Source: Alphaproteobacteria bacterium (lineage in GTDB: Bacteria; Pseudomonadota; Alphaproteobacteria; CACIAM-22H2). From it: a stretch of DNA of 64,000 bases. A program made the position numbers and the translations under genes. The stretch spans positions 3,881,048 to 3,945,047 of the forward strand of contig OZ257155.1 in NCBI GenBank assembly GCA_965279355.1, given 5' to 3'. Under the pieces are notes generated by a model that was not told the origin of the DNA, searched no databases, and saw nothing but the letters and a program-made list of their open reading frames with translations. Of this stretch, positions 11,186 through 21,335 are shown in pieces; the first letter of the stretch is position 1, and each line of letters begins with the position of its first letter.

Positions 11186-11248
11186 TGCCGGGCAGCGGCG
11201 CGCGCTAGAGTGCGCGCCGTTGTTTTGTCTCTCCAACCCGGAAACCCG

Positions 11249-12025
11249 ATGACCCCGCAAGATGTTGAACGCGCGGCCGAGCTGCTCGACGTGGCCCGCC
11301 GCAATGCCCAGCCTGCCACCAGCCTTGAAGGATCCCTGCGCCCGACCACGATCGAGGAAGGCTATGCCATCCAGGCCGCTCTGGTCCGCCGCGTCGGCGG
11401 GGTCGCCGGATGGAAGATCGCCGGAATCGTTCCGGAGCAGCGGAAGGCCCTCGGGCTCGACTATCCGATCGCCGCACCGATCCTGTCCGCCTATGTCCGC
11501 ACCGGCCCGGCCCGATTCGATCCGCGCAAGTTCATTCAGCCGGCGATCGAAGGCGAACTGGCCTTCCTGCTCGGGCGCGATCTGCCGCCGCGCAGCACGC
11601 CGTACACGCAGGACGAGGTTCTGGCGGCCGTCAGCGCCGTCATTCCTGGCATTGAGGTCACGGATCGCCGGGTCGGCAATGCGCCGGCACCGGTCGTGCT
11701 CGCCGATTGTTTCGGCAATGGCGCGTACGTCCGCGGGCCCATCTGCTCGGACTGGCGCGCTCTCGATCTGCTGAGCAATCCGGTGAGTGTCGATTTCGAC
11801 GGGCGCGAGATCGGTCGCGGCACCGGCGCGACCATCCCCGGCGGTGGGCCTGTGCATGCGCTGCTCTCCATCGCCAACCATCAGCCGCCGGGCTCCGACG
11901 GCCTGAAGGCCGGCCAGTTCGTCACGACGGGGACCTGCACGGGTCAGGTGCCGAATAACGGCGTGCGCGAGGTGGTCGGCAAGTTCGGCCGTCTCGGCGA
12001 GATTATGGTCGGCTTCGGCGAATGA
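11249..12025 (+). CDS. 2-keto-4-pentenoate hydratase / 2-oxohepta-3-ene-1,7-dioate hydratase family (MhpD/HpaH-like)
   Basis: It matches the family over its full length. The start is chosen at MTPQD; an in-frame GTG at 11210 is also possible. Confidence 0.6.
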   Translation: MTPQDVERAAELLDVARRNAQPATSLEGSLRPTTIEEGYAIQAALVRRVGGVAGWKIAGIVPEQRKALGLDYPIAAPILSAYVRTGPARFDPRKFIQPAIEGELAFLLGRDLPPRSTPYTQDEVLAAVSAVIPGIEVTDRRVGNAPAPVVLADCFGNGAYVRGPICSDWRALDLLSNPVSVDFDGREIGRGTGATIPGGGPVHALLSIANHQPPGSDGLKAGQFVTTGTCTGQVPNNGVREVVGKFGRLGEIMVGFGE

Positions 12026-12804
12026 AAGCGGCGGCGGTTCGGGCGGCCGTCGAGCGCCTCGTCGATTGCTGGCATGTCGGTGAGACGATCGACGAACTGC
12101 CGGAGGAAATCCGGCCGCGCACGCCGGCCGACGGCATGCAGGTCCAGGATCGCCTCACCAAAGAACTCGGTGTCGAGGTCGGCGGCTGGAAGATCGGCGC
12201 TACCAGCGAAGTCGCCCGCAAGATGCTCAAGGCCGATGCGCCGTTCGCCGGCCGGATCCTCGCGCCGCGCATCTTCTGCAGCGGTCAGATGCTGCCGGCA
12301 ACTGGCTATAACCTGCGCGGGGTTGAGGCGGAGATCGCGCTGGTTCTCGAACGCAATCTGCCGGCCCGCATCCGGCCCTATACACGTGGAGAGGTCAGCA
12401 AGGCGGTCGGCGCCGTCTGCCCGGCGCTTGAGATTGTCGACAGCCGTTTCACCGATATCTCCAAAGTGAACATCGCAAGCATGATCGCGGACATGGGTTC
12501 GAGTGCAGCCTTGGTGATCGGCAAGCCGATCCTGAAATGGAAGTTGCTCGATCTGCCGTCCATCGCCGTGACCATTAAGGCCGGTCGCAAGATCGTCGGC
12601 CGCGGAACCGGTGCTGCGGCGATGGGCGATCCTTTGGCATCGCTGCTCTGGCTCGCCAATCACTTGCGCACCCGTGATGGCCTGAAGGCCGGCGATGTGA
12701 TCTCGACCGGCACCTGCACCGGCCTGTATCGCGCCCAGCCCGGGGAGAAGATCACGGCGGAGTTCGGCAAGCTTGGAACAGTCGCCGTCAGTTTTACAAA
12801 GTAG
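12022..12804 (+). CDS. Second hydratase of the same MhpD/HpaH-like family (tandem paralog)
   Basis: Its start and the upstream gene's stop overlap in an ATGA. It shares conserved GTGA..G and TGTCTG motifs with the upstream paralog. Confidence 0.6.
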   Translation: MKAAAVRAAVERLVDCWHVGETIDELPEEIRPRTPADGMQVQDRLTKELGVEVGGWKIGATSEVARKMLKADAPFAGRILAPRIFCSGQMLPATGYNLRGVEAEIALVLERNLPARIRPYTRGEVSKAVGAVCPALEIVDSRFTDISKVNIASMIADMGSSAALVIGKPILKWKLLDLPSIAVTIKAGRKIVGRGTGAAAMGDPLASLLWLANHLRTRDGLKAGDVISTGTCTGLYRAQPGEKITAEFGKLGTVAVSFTK

Positions 12805-12823
12805 CCCGAACAGGAGGGACGCC

Positions 12824-13537
12824 ATGACTTACGTAGAAGGATTTGTCGCGGCCGTGCCTGCAGAAAATAAAGAGGCCTACCTCAAGCATGCAGCTGACGC
12901 GGCGCCGCTGTTCAAGGAATTCGGCGCGACACGCATGGTCGAAACCTGGGGCGACGAGGTGCCCGACGGCAAGGTCACCGACTTCAAGGGTGCGGTGCAG
13001 GCCAAACCGGACGAAGTCGTCATCTTTTCCTGGATCGAATATCCGTCCAGGGACGTTCGCGACGCGGCGAACAAGAAGATGATGAGCGATCCGCGCATGA
13101 AGGATATGGGCGCGTCTATGCCCTTCGACGGCAAGCGCATGATCTTCGGCGGCTTCGAGCCTCTCATTGCCGACAGCAGTAAGGACAAGATGGGCTATGT
13201 CGACGGCGTCCTTCTGGCCGTTCCGTCCGGCAACAAGGACGCGTATCGCGACATGGCCGCCAAGATGGTTGCTCTCTTCAAGGATTACGGCGCCACGCGC
13301 GTGATCGACGCATGGGGCGACGACGTTCCCGATGGAAAGGTTACCGATTTTAGACGTGCGGTGAAGGCGGCGAGCGGCGAGACGGTCGTCTTTTCATGGA
13401 TCGAGTGGCCGTCGAAGGGCGCCCGCGACGTGGGATGGAAGAACGTGATGTCCGATCCGCGCATGCAGCAGAATAGTATGCCGTTCGATGGCAAACGCAT
13501 GGTGTATGGCGGCTTTGCGCCGATCCTCGACGCCTAG
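12824..13537 (+). CDS. Tandem-duplicated DUF1428 domain protein
   Basis: Two internal repeats of about 115 aa: MTYVEGFVAAVP...FDGKRMIFGGFEP and MGYVDGVLLAVP...FDGKRMVYGGFAP. The start is trimmed to MTYVEG. Confidence 0.6.
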   Translation: MTYVEGFVAAVPAENKEAYLKHAADAAPLFKEFGATRMVETWGDEVPDGKVTDFKGAVQAKPDEVVIFSWIEYPSRDVRDAANKKMMSDPRMKDMGASMPFDGKRMIFGGFEPLIADSSKDKMGYVDGVLLAVPSGNKDAYRDMAAKMVALFKDYGATRVIDAWGDDVPDGKVTDFRRAVKAASGETVVFSWIEWPSKGARDVGWKNVMSDPRMQQNSMPFDGKRMVYGGFAPILDA

Positions 13538-13558
13538 CGAAGACGGCGCGGTCTGGAA

Positions 13559-14977
13559 CTAGCTCTCGACCCAGACGATCCGTAGAACATTGGTGGCGCC
13601 CGGCGTGCCGAGCGGCACACCGGCCGTGAGTACCAGGCGGTCGCCGTTCCCGGCGACACCTTCACGCTTGGCAATGTCGATCGCCTGATCGACGATTTCC
13701 TGCAGCGTTTTCACCTCGGGTGAAACGACAGGATGCGTACCCCAACAGAGCGCCATCCGGCGCGCCGTGGTGAGACGCGGGGTCAGGCAGAGGATCGGAA
13801 CTTCCGGCCGCTCGCGGGCCGCTCGCAAGGTCGTTGACCCGGTCGTGGTGAAGGTGACGATGGCGGAGGCTTTAATCGTGTTCGCGACCTGCGCGGCCGC
13901 GGCGGTGATCGCGTCGGCGGCGGTTGCTTCCGGGTCATAATGACCGGCATCGAGCAGTGGCCGGTACAGCGGGTCTTGTTCGACCTGCTGGATGATGCGG
14001 TCCATGATCTGCACCGCTTCCAGCGGATATTTTCCCGACGCGGTTTCCGCCGACAGCATGACGGCATCGGCGCCGTCATAGACGGCGGTGGCAACGTCCG
14101 AGGCTTCAGCGCGGGTCGGTGTCGGCGCGCTGATCATCGATTCCAGCATCTGCGTCGCTACGATCACCGGCTTGCCGGCACGGCGCGCCGACCGGACAAT
14201 CCGCTTCTGCAGGCTGGGAACCTGCTCCGGCGGCATCTCCACGCCGAGATCGCCGCGCGCCACCATGAGCGCATCCGTCATCTCTATCATCTCTTCCAGA
14301 TGATCGATGGCAGAGGGTTTCTCGAGCTTGATCAGAACCGATGCGCGGCCGGCAATCAGCTTTCGAGCCTCCGCGATATCGGAGGGACGCTGGACGAAGG
14401 ACAGGCCGACGATGTCGCAGCCGGCATCGAGACCGAAGGTGAGGTCACGCCGGTCTTTCTCCGTCAGCGGCGACAACGGCAAAACGAGATCGGGCACATT
14501 GACGCCCTTACGGTCTGACAGGGGTCCGCCGTTGATGACCTCCGTGATGGCGAAATCCTTGCCAAATTCACGGACGCGCAGCCGCACCTTGCCGTCGTCG
14601 AGAAGCAGGTCGGCATCGCTCTCAAGAGCCTCGAATATCTCGCGATGCGGCAGATTGACCCGCGACGTGTCGCCGGGCGTGGGGTCGAGATCGAGCCGGA
14701 ACCGCTGACCGGTTTCGATCTGTACCCGGCCGTCCTTGAAGGTGCCCAGACGCAGCTTGGGGCCCTGCAGATCCATCAGCACGGCAATTGGCCGGCCGGT
14801 CTTGACCTCGATATCGCGGATGATCTTCAGGCGCGCGCGATGATCTTCGTGCGTGCCGTGGCTGAAATTCAGCCGGAAGACATCGACGCCAGCCAGGAAC
14901 AGGGCTTCGATCTGCGCAGGCGTGGAGGTCGCAGGACCGAGCGTGGCGACAATACGGGCGTTGCGGGTCCGGCGCAT
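13559..14977 (-). CDS. pyk: Pyruvate kinase
   Basis: Full-length similarity to pyruvate kinase, including the IVATLGP and MVARGDLG motifs. Confidence 0.9.
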   Translation of the reverse strand: MRRTRNARIVATLGPATSTPAQIEALFLAGVDVFRLNFSHGTHEDHRARLKIIRDIEVKTGRPIAVLMDLQGPKLRLGTFKDGRVQIETGQRFRLDLDPTPGDTSRVNLPHREIFEALESDADLLLDDGKVRLRVREFGKDFAITEVINGGPLSDRKGVNVPDLVLPLSPLTEKDRRDLTFGLDAGCDIVGLSFVQRPSDIAEARKLIAGRASVLIKLEKPSAIDHLEEMIEMTDALMVARGDLGVEMPPEQVPSLQKRIVRSARRAGKPVIVATQMLESMISAPTPTRAEASDVATAVYDGADAVMLSAETASGKYPLEAVQIMDRIIQQVEQDPLYRPLLDAGHYDPEATAADAITAAAAQVANTIKASAIVTFTTTGSTTLRAARERPEVPILCLTPRLTTARRMALCWGTHPVVSPEVKTLQEIVDQAIDIAKREGVAGNGDRLVLTAGVPLGTPGATNVLRIVWVES

Positions 14978-15034
14978 GATGGCTCTATCTTACCGCAAAA
15001 TCGGCTGGAAGCATCACGCAACGAAATATCGTTC

Positions 15035-15289
15035 TCAGGCGGTCCCGGCCGGGCGGGATACATGCGTCGGCCCGTTCAGAATGCCGTTGGCGACCGCCTC
15101 GATCTGCTTGCCGTCGATGGCGGATTGGCCACGGGTCAGCGCCTGGCACCATTGCATCACGCGCCGGCGGTCGGGCTTAGCGTCTTCGCTGAGCGCGCCG
15201 ACAATCGCGGTAAGCGCCAGGACATGGGTCGCGAGATTGTCGTTGGTCATCGCGAGGCTCTGCACCAGTCGCTGTGTATTGGTGTCCAT
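15035..15289 (-). CDS. Small conserved hypothetical protein
   Basis: An 84-aa ORF trimmed to the MDTNTQ start. I do not recognise any family. Confidence 0.35.
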   Translation of the reverse strand: MDTNTQRLVQSLAMTNDNLATHVLALTAIVGALSEDAKPDRRRVMQWCQALTRGQSAIDGKQIEAVANGILNGPTHVSRPAGTA

Positions 15290-15371
15290 GCTCCGGGATC
15301 CTTCCTCGTGCAAACGGCTTCCATCTGCGGCGTTTATCGCCATGAAAGTCGGGTGCATTCAAGCAACAGAA

Positions 15372-16637
15372 TTACGGCAGGATCAGGATGGCCCGAAAAT
15401 CGTTGACGTTGGTGAGGGTGGGACCTGTGACAACCAGGTCGTCGAGGGCCGCGAAAAAGCCGTACCCGTCGTTGTTGTCCAGCATCGCGGCGGGATCGTG
15501 ACCGGCCGCGCGGGCGCGGGCGATGCTGTCCGGTGCCAGCAGGGCGCCGGCATTATTTTCACTTCCGTCGATACCGTCGGTATCGCCGGCGAGGCCGAAA
15601 ACACCGTTTGCCCGTTCCAGGGCCACGCCGAGCGCCAGAAGATATTCGACATTGCGGCCGCCGCGCCCAGAACCCTTGATCGTGACGGTCGTCTCGCCGC
15701 CCGAGAGCACGACGCAGGGCGGGCGCACGGGGGCCAGGCCGGCACGGATTTCCTGCACGAAATGCGCGTGACGGCGGGCCACGTCGCGGGATTCGCCCTC
15801 AACCGCGTCGCCCAGCGAGAGCGGCGCAATGCCGGCTTTTCGCGCGAGTTCGGCGGCAGCCTCCAGAGACGCATGCGCGCTGGCGATCAGCCGGAACTCG
15901 GAGCGGTGGAGCCGTGGATCGCCGGGCTTGGGCGTTTCCGCATCCGGATCGCCCAGTCGTGCACGGCAGCTCTGCGGTGGGTCGAGGCGGTATTTGCCAA
16001 GGATGCGCCAGACATCGGCCAGCGTGGAGGGATCCGGCACGGTGGGCCCGGAGCCAATCACGGCCGGATCGTCGCCCGGCACGTCGGAAATCGCGAGGGT
16101 GACGATGCGTGCCGGATAGGCGGCCGCGGCGAGCCGTCCGCCGGTGATGGCCGAGAGATGCTTACGGATCGTGTTCATCTCGCCGATCGTGGCGCCGGAG
16201 CGCAGCAGTGCGTAGGTCAACTCGCGCAGTTCGACAAGGCTGACACCAGGACCCGGCAGGGTCAGCAGTGCCGAGGCACCGCCCGACATCAGGCACAGGA
16301 CGAGATCGTCTTCGGTAAGGCCCTGCACCCGCTCAAGGATACGCCGGGCGGCGGCGAGGCCGCGGGCGTCCGGCATCGGGTGCGAGGCCTCGATCACCTC
16401 GATGCTGCGGCAGGGGACGGCATGGCCGTCACGGGTCACGACGATGCCGTCGATTTTGCCGTTGATGTGATGTTCGACCGCGCGGGCCATGGATGCCGCC
16501 GCCTTGCCGGCACCGACCACGATCAGGCGGCCTTTGGGCGCCGGCGGCAGGAAGCGGGGAATGGTGCGGGCCGGATCGGCGGCCTCGATGGCGGCACGAA
16601 ACAAATCGCGCAGGAACTGACGGGGAGCGGCGACCAT
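15372..16637 (-). CDS. Glycerate 2-kinase (MOFRL/GckA-TtuD family)
   Basis: A 421-aa protein with a GAGKAA motif and a MOFRL C-terminal domain. Confidence 0.8.
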   Translation of the reverse strand: MVAAPRQFLRDLFRAAIEAADPARTIPRFLPPAPKGRLIVVGAGKAAASMARAVEHHINGKIDGIVVTRDGHAVPCRSIEVIEASHPMPDARGLAAARRILERVQGLTEDDLVLCLMSGGASALLTLPGPGVSLVELRELTYALLRSGATIGEMNTIRKHLSAITGGRLAAAAYPARIVTLAISDVPGDDPAVIGSGPTVPDPSTLADVWRILGKYRLDPPQSCRARLGDPDAETPKPGDPRLHRSEFRLIASAHASLEAAAELARKAGIAPLSLGDAVEGESRDVARRHAHFVQEIRAGLAPVRPPCVVLSGGETTVTIKGSGRGGRNVEYLLALGVALERANGVFGLAGDTDGIDGSENNAGALLAPDSIARARAAGHDPAAMLDNNDGYGFFAALDDLVVTGPTLTNVNDFRAILILP

Positions 16638-16709
16638 TGGGCTCGAAAAGATGATGGAGTCGCAGTGTCGCGCGGACGCGCCGCCCCGGCAAGCGAACCT
16701 TGGGGCAAG

Positions 16710-17615
16710 CTAGCCTTGGCTGGCCCGTCTCGCGACGACGATACCAATCAGGATGATCACGCCGCCCACCGCCTGAAGCATGCTCAGCGGCTCGGAAAGC
16801 AGCAGCCACGCGAGCAACGCCGCGGTTGCTGGCTGGAGGAGCAGCGCGACCGAGGAGAACGACGCCGGCAGATGGGCGAAGGCGTAAGCGATCAGCCCCT
16901 GTCCGCCGGCATGGCTGAACAGTGCGAGGCCGAGCAGCATCGCCCACCCAAACGCCGTGGTCGCGACCAGGCTCTCACCCGAAATCACCGCCACCGGCCA
17001 CAGAAAAAGCGCCGTCATCACGCCGCTCCATAGCATGATGGTGGCGGTCGAGAATGTCGTGCGCAGGCGACTCATGCAGAGCATGTAGCCGCTGTAGAAC
17101 ATCGCCGTGACGATGCCGAGCGCATCGCCGAGCAGATGATCCGCCGACAGGGTCAGGGAATCCCCCATCAGTACGACCGCGCCCGCGATCGCCAGCAGCA
17201 TGCCCGCCACGAAGCTTGGGCGGATTTTCTCTCCGAGCAGCAGCCACGCGGCGGGTGTCACGAAGATCGGCGCAAAGTTGGAAAACAGGGTCGAGTTTGC
17301 AACCGACGTCAGTCGGATCGACCAGTGCCACACCGCAAGATCGCCGGCAAAGAAGGCGCCGGCGAGCCCGAGCAGCAGCCAGTCGCGCGTGGTGGCGGCC
17401 TGCTGCGGGGCCGTGTCGGGAGCGCGCTTGAGTTCGATCGCACGCCACAAGGCGCAGGCGGGTAGGGCCGCGGCTAGCCGCCAGAACGCGGTGGCACTGG
17501 GGCCGAGCTCCGACAGCCGCACGAAGATCGGCGAGAAGGCGATGGCTACGGCGCCGAGCAACAACGCCATTAACGCGATGCGTTCGGCGCGGGCCTGATC
17601 CGGGGACGGTCTCAT
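16710..17615 (-). CDS. DMT superfamily (EamA-like) transporter
   Basis: A 10-TMS hydrophobic protein with two EamA repeats. Confidence 0.75.
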   Translation of the reverse strand: MRPSPDQARAERIALMALLLGAVAIAFSPIFVRLSELGPSATAFWRLAAALPACALWRAIELKRAPDTAPQQAATTRDWLLLGLAGAFFAGDLAVWHWSIRLTSVANSTLFSNFAPIFVTPAAWLLLGEKIRPSFVAGMLLAIAGAVVLMGDSLTLSADHLLGDALGIVTAMFYSGYMLCMSRLRTTFSTATIMLWSGVMTALFLWPVAVISGESLVATTAFGWAMLLGLALFSHAGGQGLIAYAFAHLPASFSSVALLLQPATAALLAWLLLSEPLSMLQAVGGVIILIGIVVARRASQG

Positions 17616-18676
17616 GCCGACGTGTCGAGTGTCGGATAGTCCGTATAGCCCGCTTCACCCGGTGTGTAATAGGTCGCAAGGTTGGGTTCGTTGAGCGGCG
17701 CCGCGCGACGGATCCGTTCCGCCAGATCGGGATTGGCGACGAACAGTTTGCCAAAGACGATCGCATCGGCGGCCCCTGCACTCATAAAGGCCGCCGCGCG
17801 CTCAGGCGTGAACCCGGTACCGGCAAGATAGGGGCTGGGAAAGAGCGGGCGCAGAAGCTGGTGAAAGGCCGCGTCTGAGCTGCTGTCGCTCACGAACAGA
17901 TAGGCGAGGCCGAGCCCGGCGATCGCTTTCACGGCCGTGCTGAACGTCTCCTGCGGGTTGTCATCGATGACGCCCTGGATGCCGAGGTTCGGCGACAGCT
18001 TGATTCCGACCGTGTCGGCGCCACGCACGGCAGTCATGGCCTCCAGCGCTTCGACGATGAAGCGGCTGCGGTTCAGCGCGCTGCCGCCGTAGCGGTCGGT
18101 GCGGATGTTGCTGCTGGAATTAAGAAACTGGTCCGGCAGGAAGCCCGATGCGGCATGCAGTTCGACGCCGTCGAAGCCGGCTTCGAAAGCGCGTTCGGTG
18201 GCGCGTTTGTATTCGGCAACAACGCCGGCAATTTCGTGGGTTTCCAGGGCGCGGGGCGCCACGCGGACCTGCATGCCGGTGGGGGTGCGGACCTCGCCGG
18301 GTGGCGCGATGGCCGACGGTCCAACCGGCAGTGCGTGGTTCGGCAGCAGGGAGGGATGCGACACACGGCCGCAATGCATGATCTGAGCAAAGATGCGTCC
18401 GCCCTGCCTATGGACGGCGTCGGTCACGCCGCGCCAGCCGGCGACCTGTGCGTCCGAGTAAATGCCTGGCGCCAGATAGAGCCCGTGACCCATTGCACTG
18501 GGGCAGGTGCCCTCGCCGATGATAAGTCCCGCGCTGGCGCGTTGCGCGTAGTAAGTCGCGCTCAGTGCCCCCGGCACGCCGTGCTCATCAGCGCGCCGCC
18601 GCGTCATTGGCGCCATGACAATACGATTGGGAAGGGTCAGCTTTCCCAAGGAAAGCGTGTCAAACAAGGTGGGCAT
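17612..18676 (-). CDS. NADH:flavin oxidoreductase / alkene reductase (Old Yellow Enzyme family)
   Basis: The ORF is trimmed to MPTLFD. It has the OYE signatures LPNRIVMAPMTR and HAASGFL. Its stop and the DMT gene's start overlap in an ATGA. Confidence 0.8.
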   Translation of the reverse strand: MPTLFDTLSLGKLTLPNRIVMAPMTRRRADEHGVPGALSATYYAQRASAGLIIGEGTCPSAMGHGLYLAPGIYSDAQVAGWRGVTDAVHRQGGRIFAQIMHCGRVSHPSLLPNHALPVGPSAIAPPGEVRTPTGMQVRVAPRALETHEIAGVVAEYKRATERAFEAGFDGVELHAASGFLPDQFLNSSSNIRTDRYGGSALNRSRFIVEALEAMTAVRGADTVGIKLSPNLGIQGVIDDNPQETFSTAVKAIAGLGLAYLFVSDSSSDAAFHQLLRPLFPSPYLAGTGFTPERAAAFMSAGAADAIVFGKLFVANPDLAERIRRAAPLNEPNLATYYTPGEAGYTDYPTLDTSA

Positions 18677-18749
18677 CGGATGGCTTATAAAGGTACGCCT
18701 GACGTGAAGCCATCCCGCGCGTGATGGCGCGGCTTTGGTATAGTGCGAC

Positions 18750-19556
18750 ATGCGTTCCCCGCCGCTCGCCGAATCGAGCCACCTCCTGCATGAGGACGAT
18801 CCGCCGCCGGTTGAGATCGTCAACGGCACCAGCACGGCGCCGACCCTGGTGATCTGCGATCACGCAAGCCGGGTGGTGCCGCGCTGCCTGGGACGGCTCG
18901 GGCTCGACGACACGGCGTTCGAGCGTCACATCGCCTGGGATATCGGGGCTGCCGAAGTGGCGCGGCGGCTGGCGGCGCGGCTGGATGCGCCACTGGTGAT
19001 GTCCGCCTATTCCCGGCTGGTCATCGATGTGAACCGCCGTCCCGACGACCCAACCTCGATGCCCGAGGAGAGCGACGGCACCGTCGTGCCGGTCAATCAG
19101 GCCCTGACACAAGCGGGCCGCCAGTGCCGTATTGCGGAGATCCTGGAGCCCTATCATCAGACAATCGCCGCCCGGCTTCAGGCGATCCGCAGCCGCGGAC
19201 AAGTGCCGATGATCTTGTCCATCCATAGCTTTACGCCGGTGTTCAAAGGGTTCGTTCGGCCCTGGCAGGCCGGCGTGCTCTGGAACCAGGACGGACGCCT
19301 CGCCATGGCGATCAAGTCGGCGCTGGAGGCAAGGGGTTTTGTGGTGGGCGACAACAAGCCGTATTCAGGTCAGGATCGTCACGGTTATACGTTGCCGCGT
19401 CACGCAGAAGAGGCGGGTTTTCCGCACGTCCTCATCGAACTGCGGCAGAACATGATCGACACCCAGCACGGGGCCGAGGAATGGGCGGGTCTGCTTTATT
19501 CCGTCCTCGAACGGGCGGTTGTCGATCCGGCTTTGAGGGAACCGAAGTCTTGCTGA
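18750..19556 (+). CDS. N-formylglutamate amidohydrolase family protein
   Basis: Similar to the HutG-like zinc amidohydrolase family (PF05013) over 268 aa. Confidence 0.65.
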   Translation: MRSPPLAESSHLLHEDDPPPVEIVNGTSTAPTLVICDHASRVVPRCLGRLGLDDTAFERHIAWDIGAAEVARRLAARLDAPLVMSAYSRLVIDVNRRPDDPTSMPEESDGTVVPVNQALTQAGRQCRIAEILEPYHQTIAARLQAIRSRGQVPMILSIHSFTPVFKGFVRPWQAGVLWNQDGRLAMAIKSALEARGFVVGDNKPYSGQDRHGYTLPRHAEEAGFPHVLIELRQNMIDTQHGAEEWAGLLYSVLERAVVDPALREPKSC

Positions 19557-19566
19557 GGGGAAACTG

Positions 19567-20415
19567 ATGTCAGAGGGTGAAAACTGGTGGTCCGAGATTT
19601 CGGCCGCGGCACAGAAGGGCGATTTCACGCAGGCGCAGGCGCTGATCGTCGGCGGGTTAGAAAAGAAGCTGCCCTTCGAACGGGGTCACAATATTTACAT
19701 GGCGCATCTGCTGATCCTGGCCGCGCAATGGGCGTGGGTGGATCGCCTCCTTCCTGCGCGCACCAATTTCTTCCGGACGTCGGGTTGGCTGCAATCCCTA
19801 TGGCGCGGCGAGGCGATCAACGCTGCCGAAAAGCCGATCCCGTGGTTGACCTATCCCGCGATCGATTTTCTTGAGCCGCGCATCCGCCCCGAATGGACGG
19901 TTCTCGAATGGGGGTGTGGCAGCTCGACCCTCTGGTGGTCGGAGCGCGTGAAGCGGATTCACGCGATTGAAAACGATGAAGCCTGGCACAAGAAGGTTTC
20001 GAAAACCGCGCCTGGGAACTGCTCCATTCTGCTGCAGACGACAAAAGACGGCTACGCCAACGCGGTGCGCGGCGAACTTTACGATGTGATGGTGATCGAC
20101 GGATCGTGGCGGAACGATTGCGCGCTGGCAGCGGCGTATTGCGATGCCAAGCTGATCATTTTCGACAACACCGATGTACGGGAACATGACGAGGGCGTCC
20201 GGACCCTCACGAAGGCCGGCTGGTCGCGCCTGGATTTCTTCGGCCTCATTCCGTCGTATGCGTATAAAAACTGTACGTCGATCTTCTTCAAGGATCCGTC
20301 GGTCCTGGCGACAAAACTGGTGCCCACCGAGATGATCCTTTCGTCCGGGCCGACCTGTTCGCAGTCGATGGACGCCGATGCTGCCGCGCGAGCCGCCGTC
20401 GCAAAGCCAGGTTGA
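19567..20415 (+). CDS. Putative class I SAM-dependent methyltransferase (CmcI/Methyltransf_24-like) with an N-terminal extension
   Basis: Motif I VLEWGCGSSTLWW, an acidic residue in IHAIENDE, and a later VMVIDGSW motif. Local GC is lower than the flanking regions. Confidence 0.5.
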   Translation: MSEGENWWSEISAAAQKGDFTQAQALIVGGLEKKLPFERGHNIYMAHLLILAAQWAWVDRLLPARTNFFRTSGWLQSLWRGEAINAAEKPIPWLTYPAIDFLEPRIRPEWTVLEWGCGSSTLWWSERVKRIHAIENDEAWHKKVSKTAPGNCSILLQTTKDGYANAVRGELYDVMVIDGSWRNDCALAAAYCDAKLIIFDNTDVREHDEGVRTLTKAGWSRLDFFGLIPSYAYKNCTSIFFKDPSVLATKLVPTEMILSSGPTCSQSMDADAAARAAVAKPG

Positions 20416-20419
20416 CGAA

Positions 20420-21274
20420 ATGCTGACAGCATCCGAAATCGCGTCTTGCCAACAGCGGTTTGACCTCTCGTATCATGTCAATTACGCGCTGGATGCCGAG
20501 CAGGTTGTCGGTCTGCGTGGAAAAGACGTGCTGGAGGTCGGTGGTAGCCTGCCGGACGGGTTCGTGCGGGACGTGCTCGGCGCGCGGCGCTGGATCGGCA
20601 TCGAGGAGCAGACGTACTGGAACGAGATCACCGCGAGCGGCGGGCTGCATGGAACGCCACCGACCGCCGCGATTCCGCGCCGGATTGCGGCTGCCGCGAC
20701 TGCGGATTTCGACCAGGGTTATGGCGTGTTTTCAGGCCGGATCGAAGAACTGCCTGTCGCGCTGCATGGCTGCTTCGATGTTGTCTTCTCGATCGCGGCT
20801 TTTGAACATATTCACAAGCTGGCGACGACGCTTGACGGCATCCAAAGTGCGTTGAAACCGGGCGGACGGCTGTTTACGATCTTCGCGCCGATCTGGTCAT
20901 CGGCGCGAGGCCATCATCTGCCGCGGGTCCGCGATCAGCAGGGCAAGGTCTTCGAGTTCAACAGCTCACCAATCCCTCTCTGGGCGCATCTCCTGATGCG
21001 CCCGGAAGAGATGTTCCGGTTTCTGCTCGACCATACCGACCGCGCGACGGCGGCGGAGATGGTTTATTACGTCTATCATTCCTCGCATATCAATCGCCTG
21101 TTTACCGAGGACTACGTCGCCTATTGTCACGCGAGTTCTCTGAAGGTGGAACGATGCGAAGCTGTGTTTCTGGCGCCGCCGCCGCCGGAAACCCAGCAGC
21201 GCCTGGAGCAGCTTCATCCGGGCAGAACGCATTTCGCCAATAGCGGTCTGCGGGTTGTGATGCGCAAGGACTAG
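20420..21274 (+). CDS. Class I SAM-dependent methyltransferase
   Basis: Motif I VLEVGGSLPDGF, the post-I motif ALKPGGRLF, and a FEH motif. The start is chosen at MLTASE; the ORF track's start at 20378 overlaps the upstream gene. Confidence 0.55.
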   Translation: MLTASEIASCQQRFDLSYHVNYALDAEQVVGLRGKDVLEVGGSLPDGFVRDVLGARRWIGIEEQTYWNEITASGGLHGTPPTAAIPRRIAAAATADFDQGYGVFSGRIEELPVALHGCFDVVFSIAAFEHIHKLATTLDGIQSALKPGGRLFTIFAPIWSSARGHHLPRVRDQQGKVFEFNSSPIPLWAHLLMRPEEMFRFLLDHTDRATAAEMVYYVYHSSHINRLFTEDYVAYCHASSLKVERCEAVFLAPPPPETQQRLEQLHPGRTHFANSGLRVVMRKD

Positions 21275-21335
21275 GCTGCCTTTGAGGCTGGCCAGGACTG
21301 CATTATATTTGTAGTTGAACCGATGGAGGCACCCA

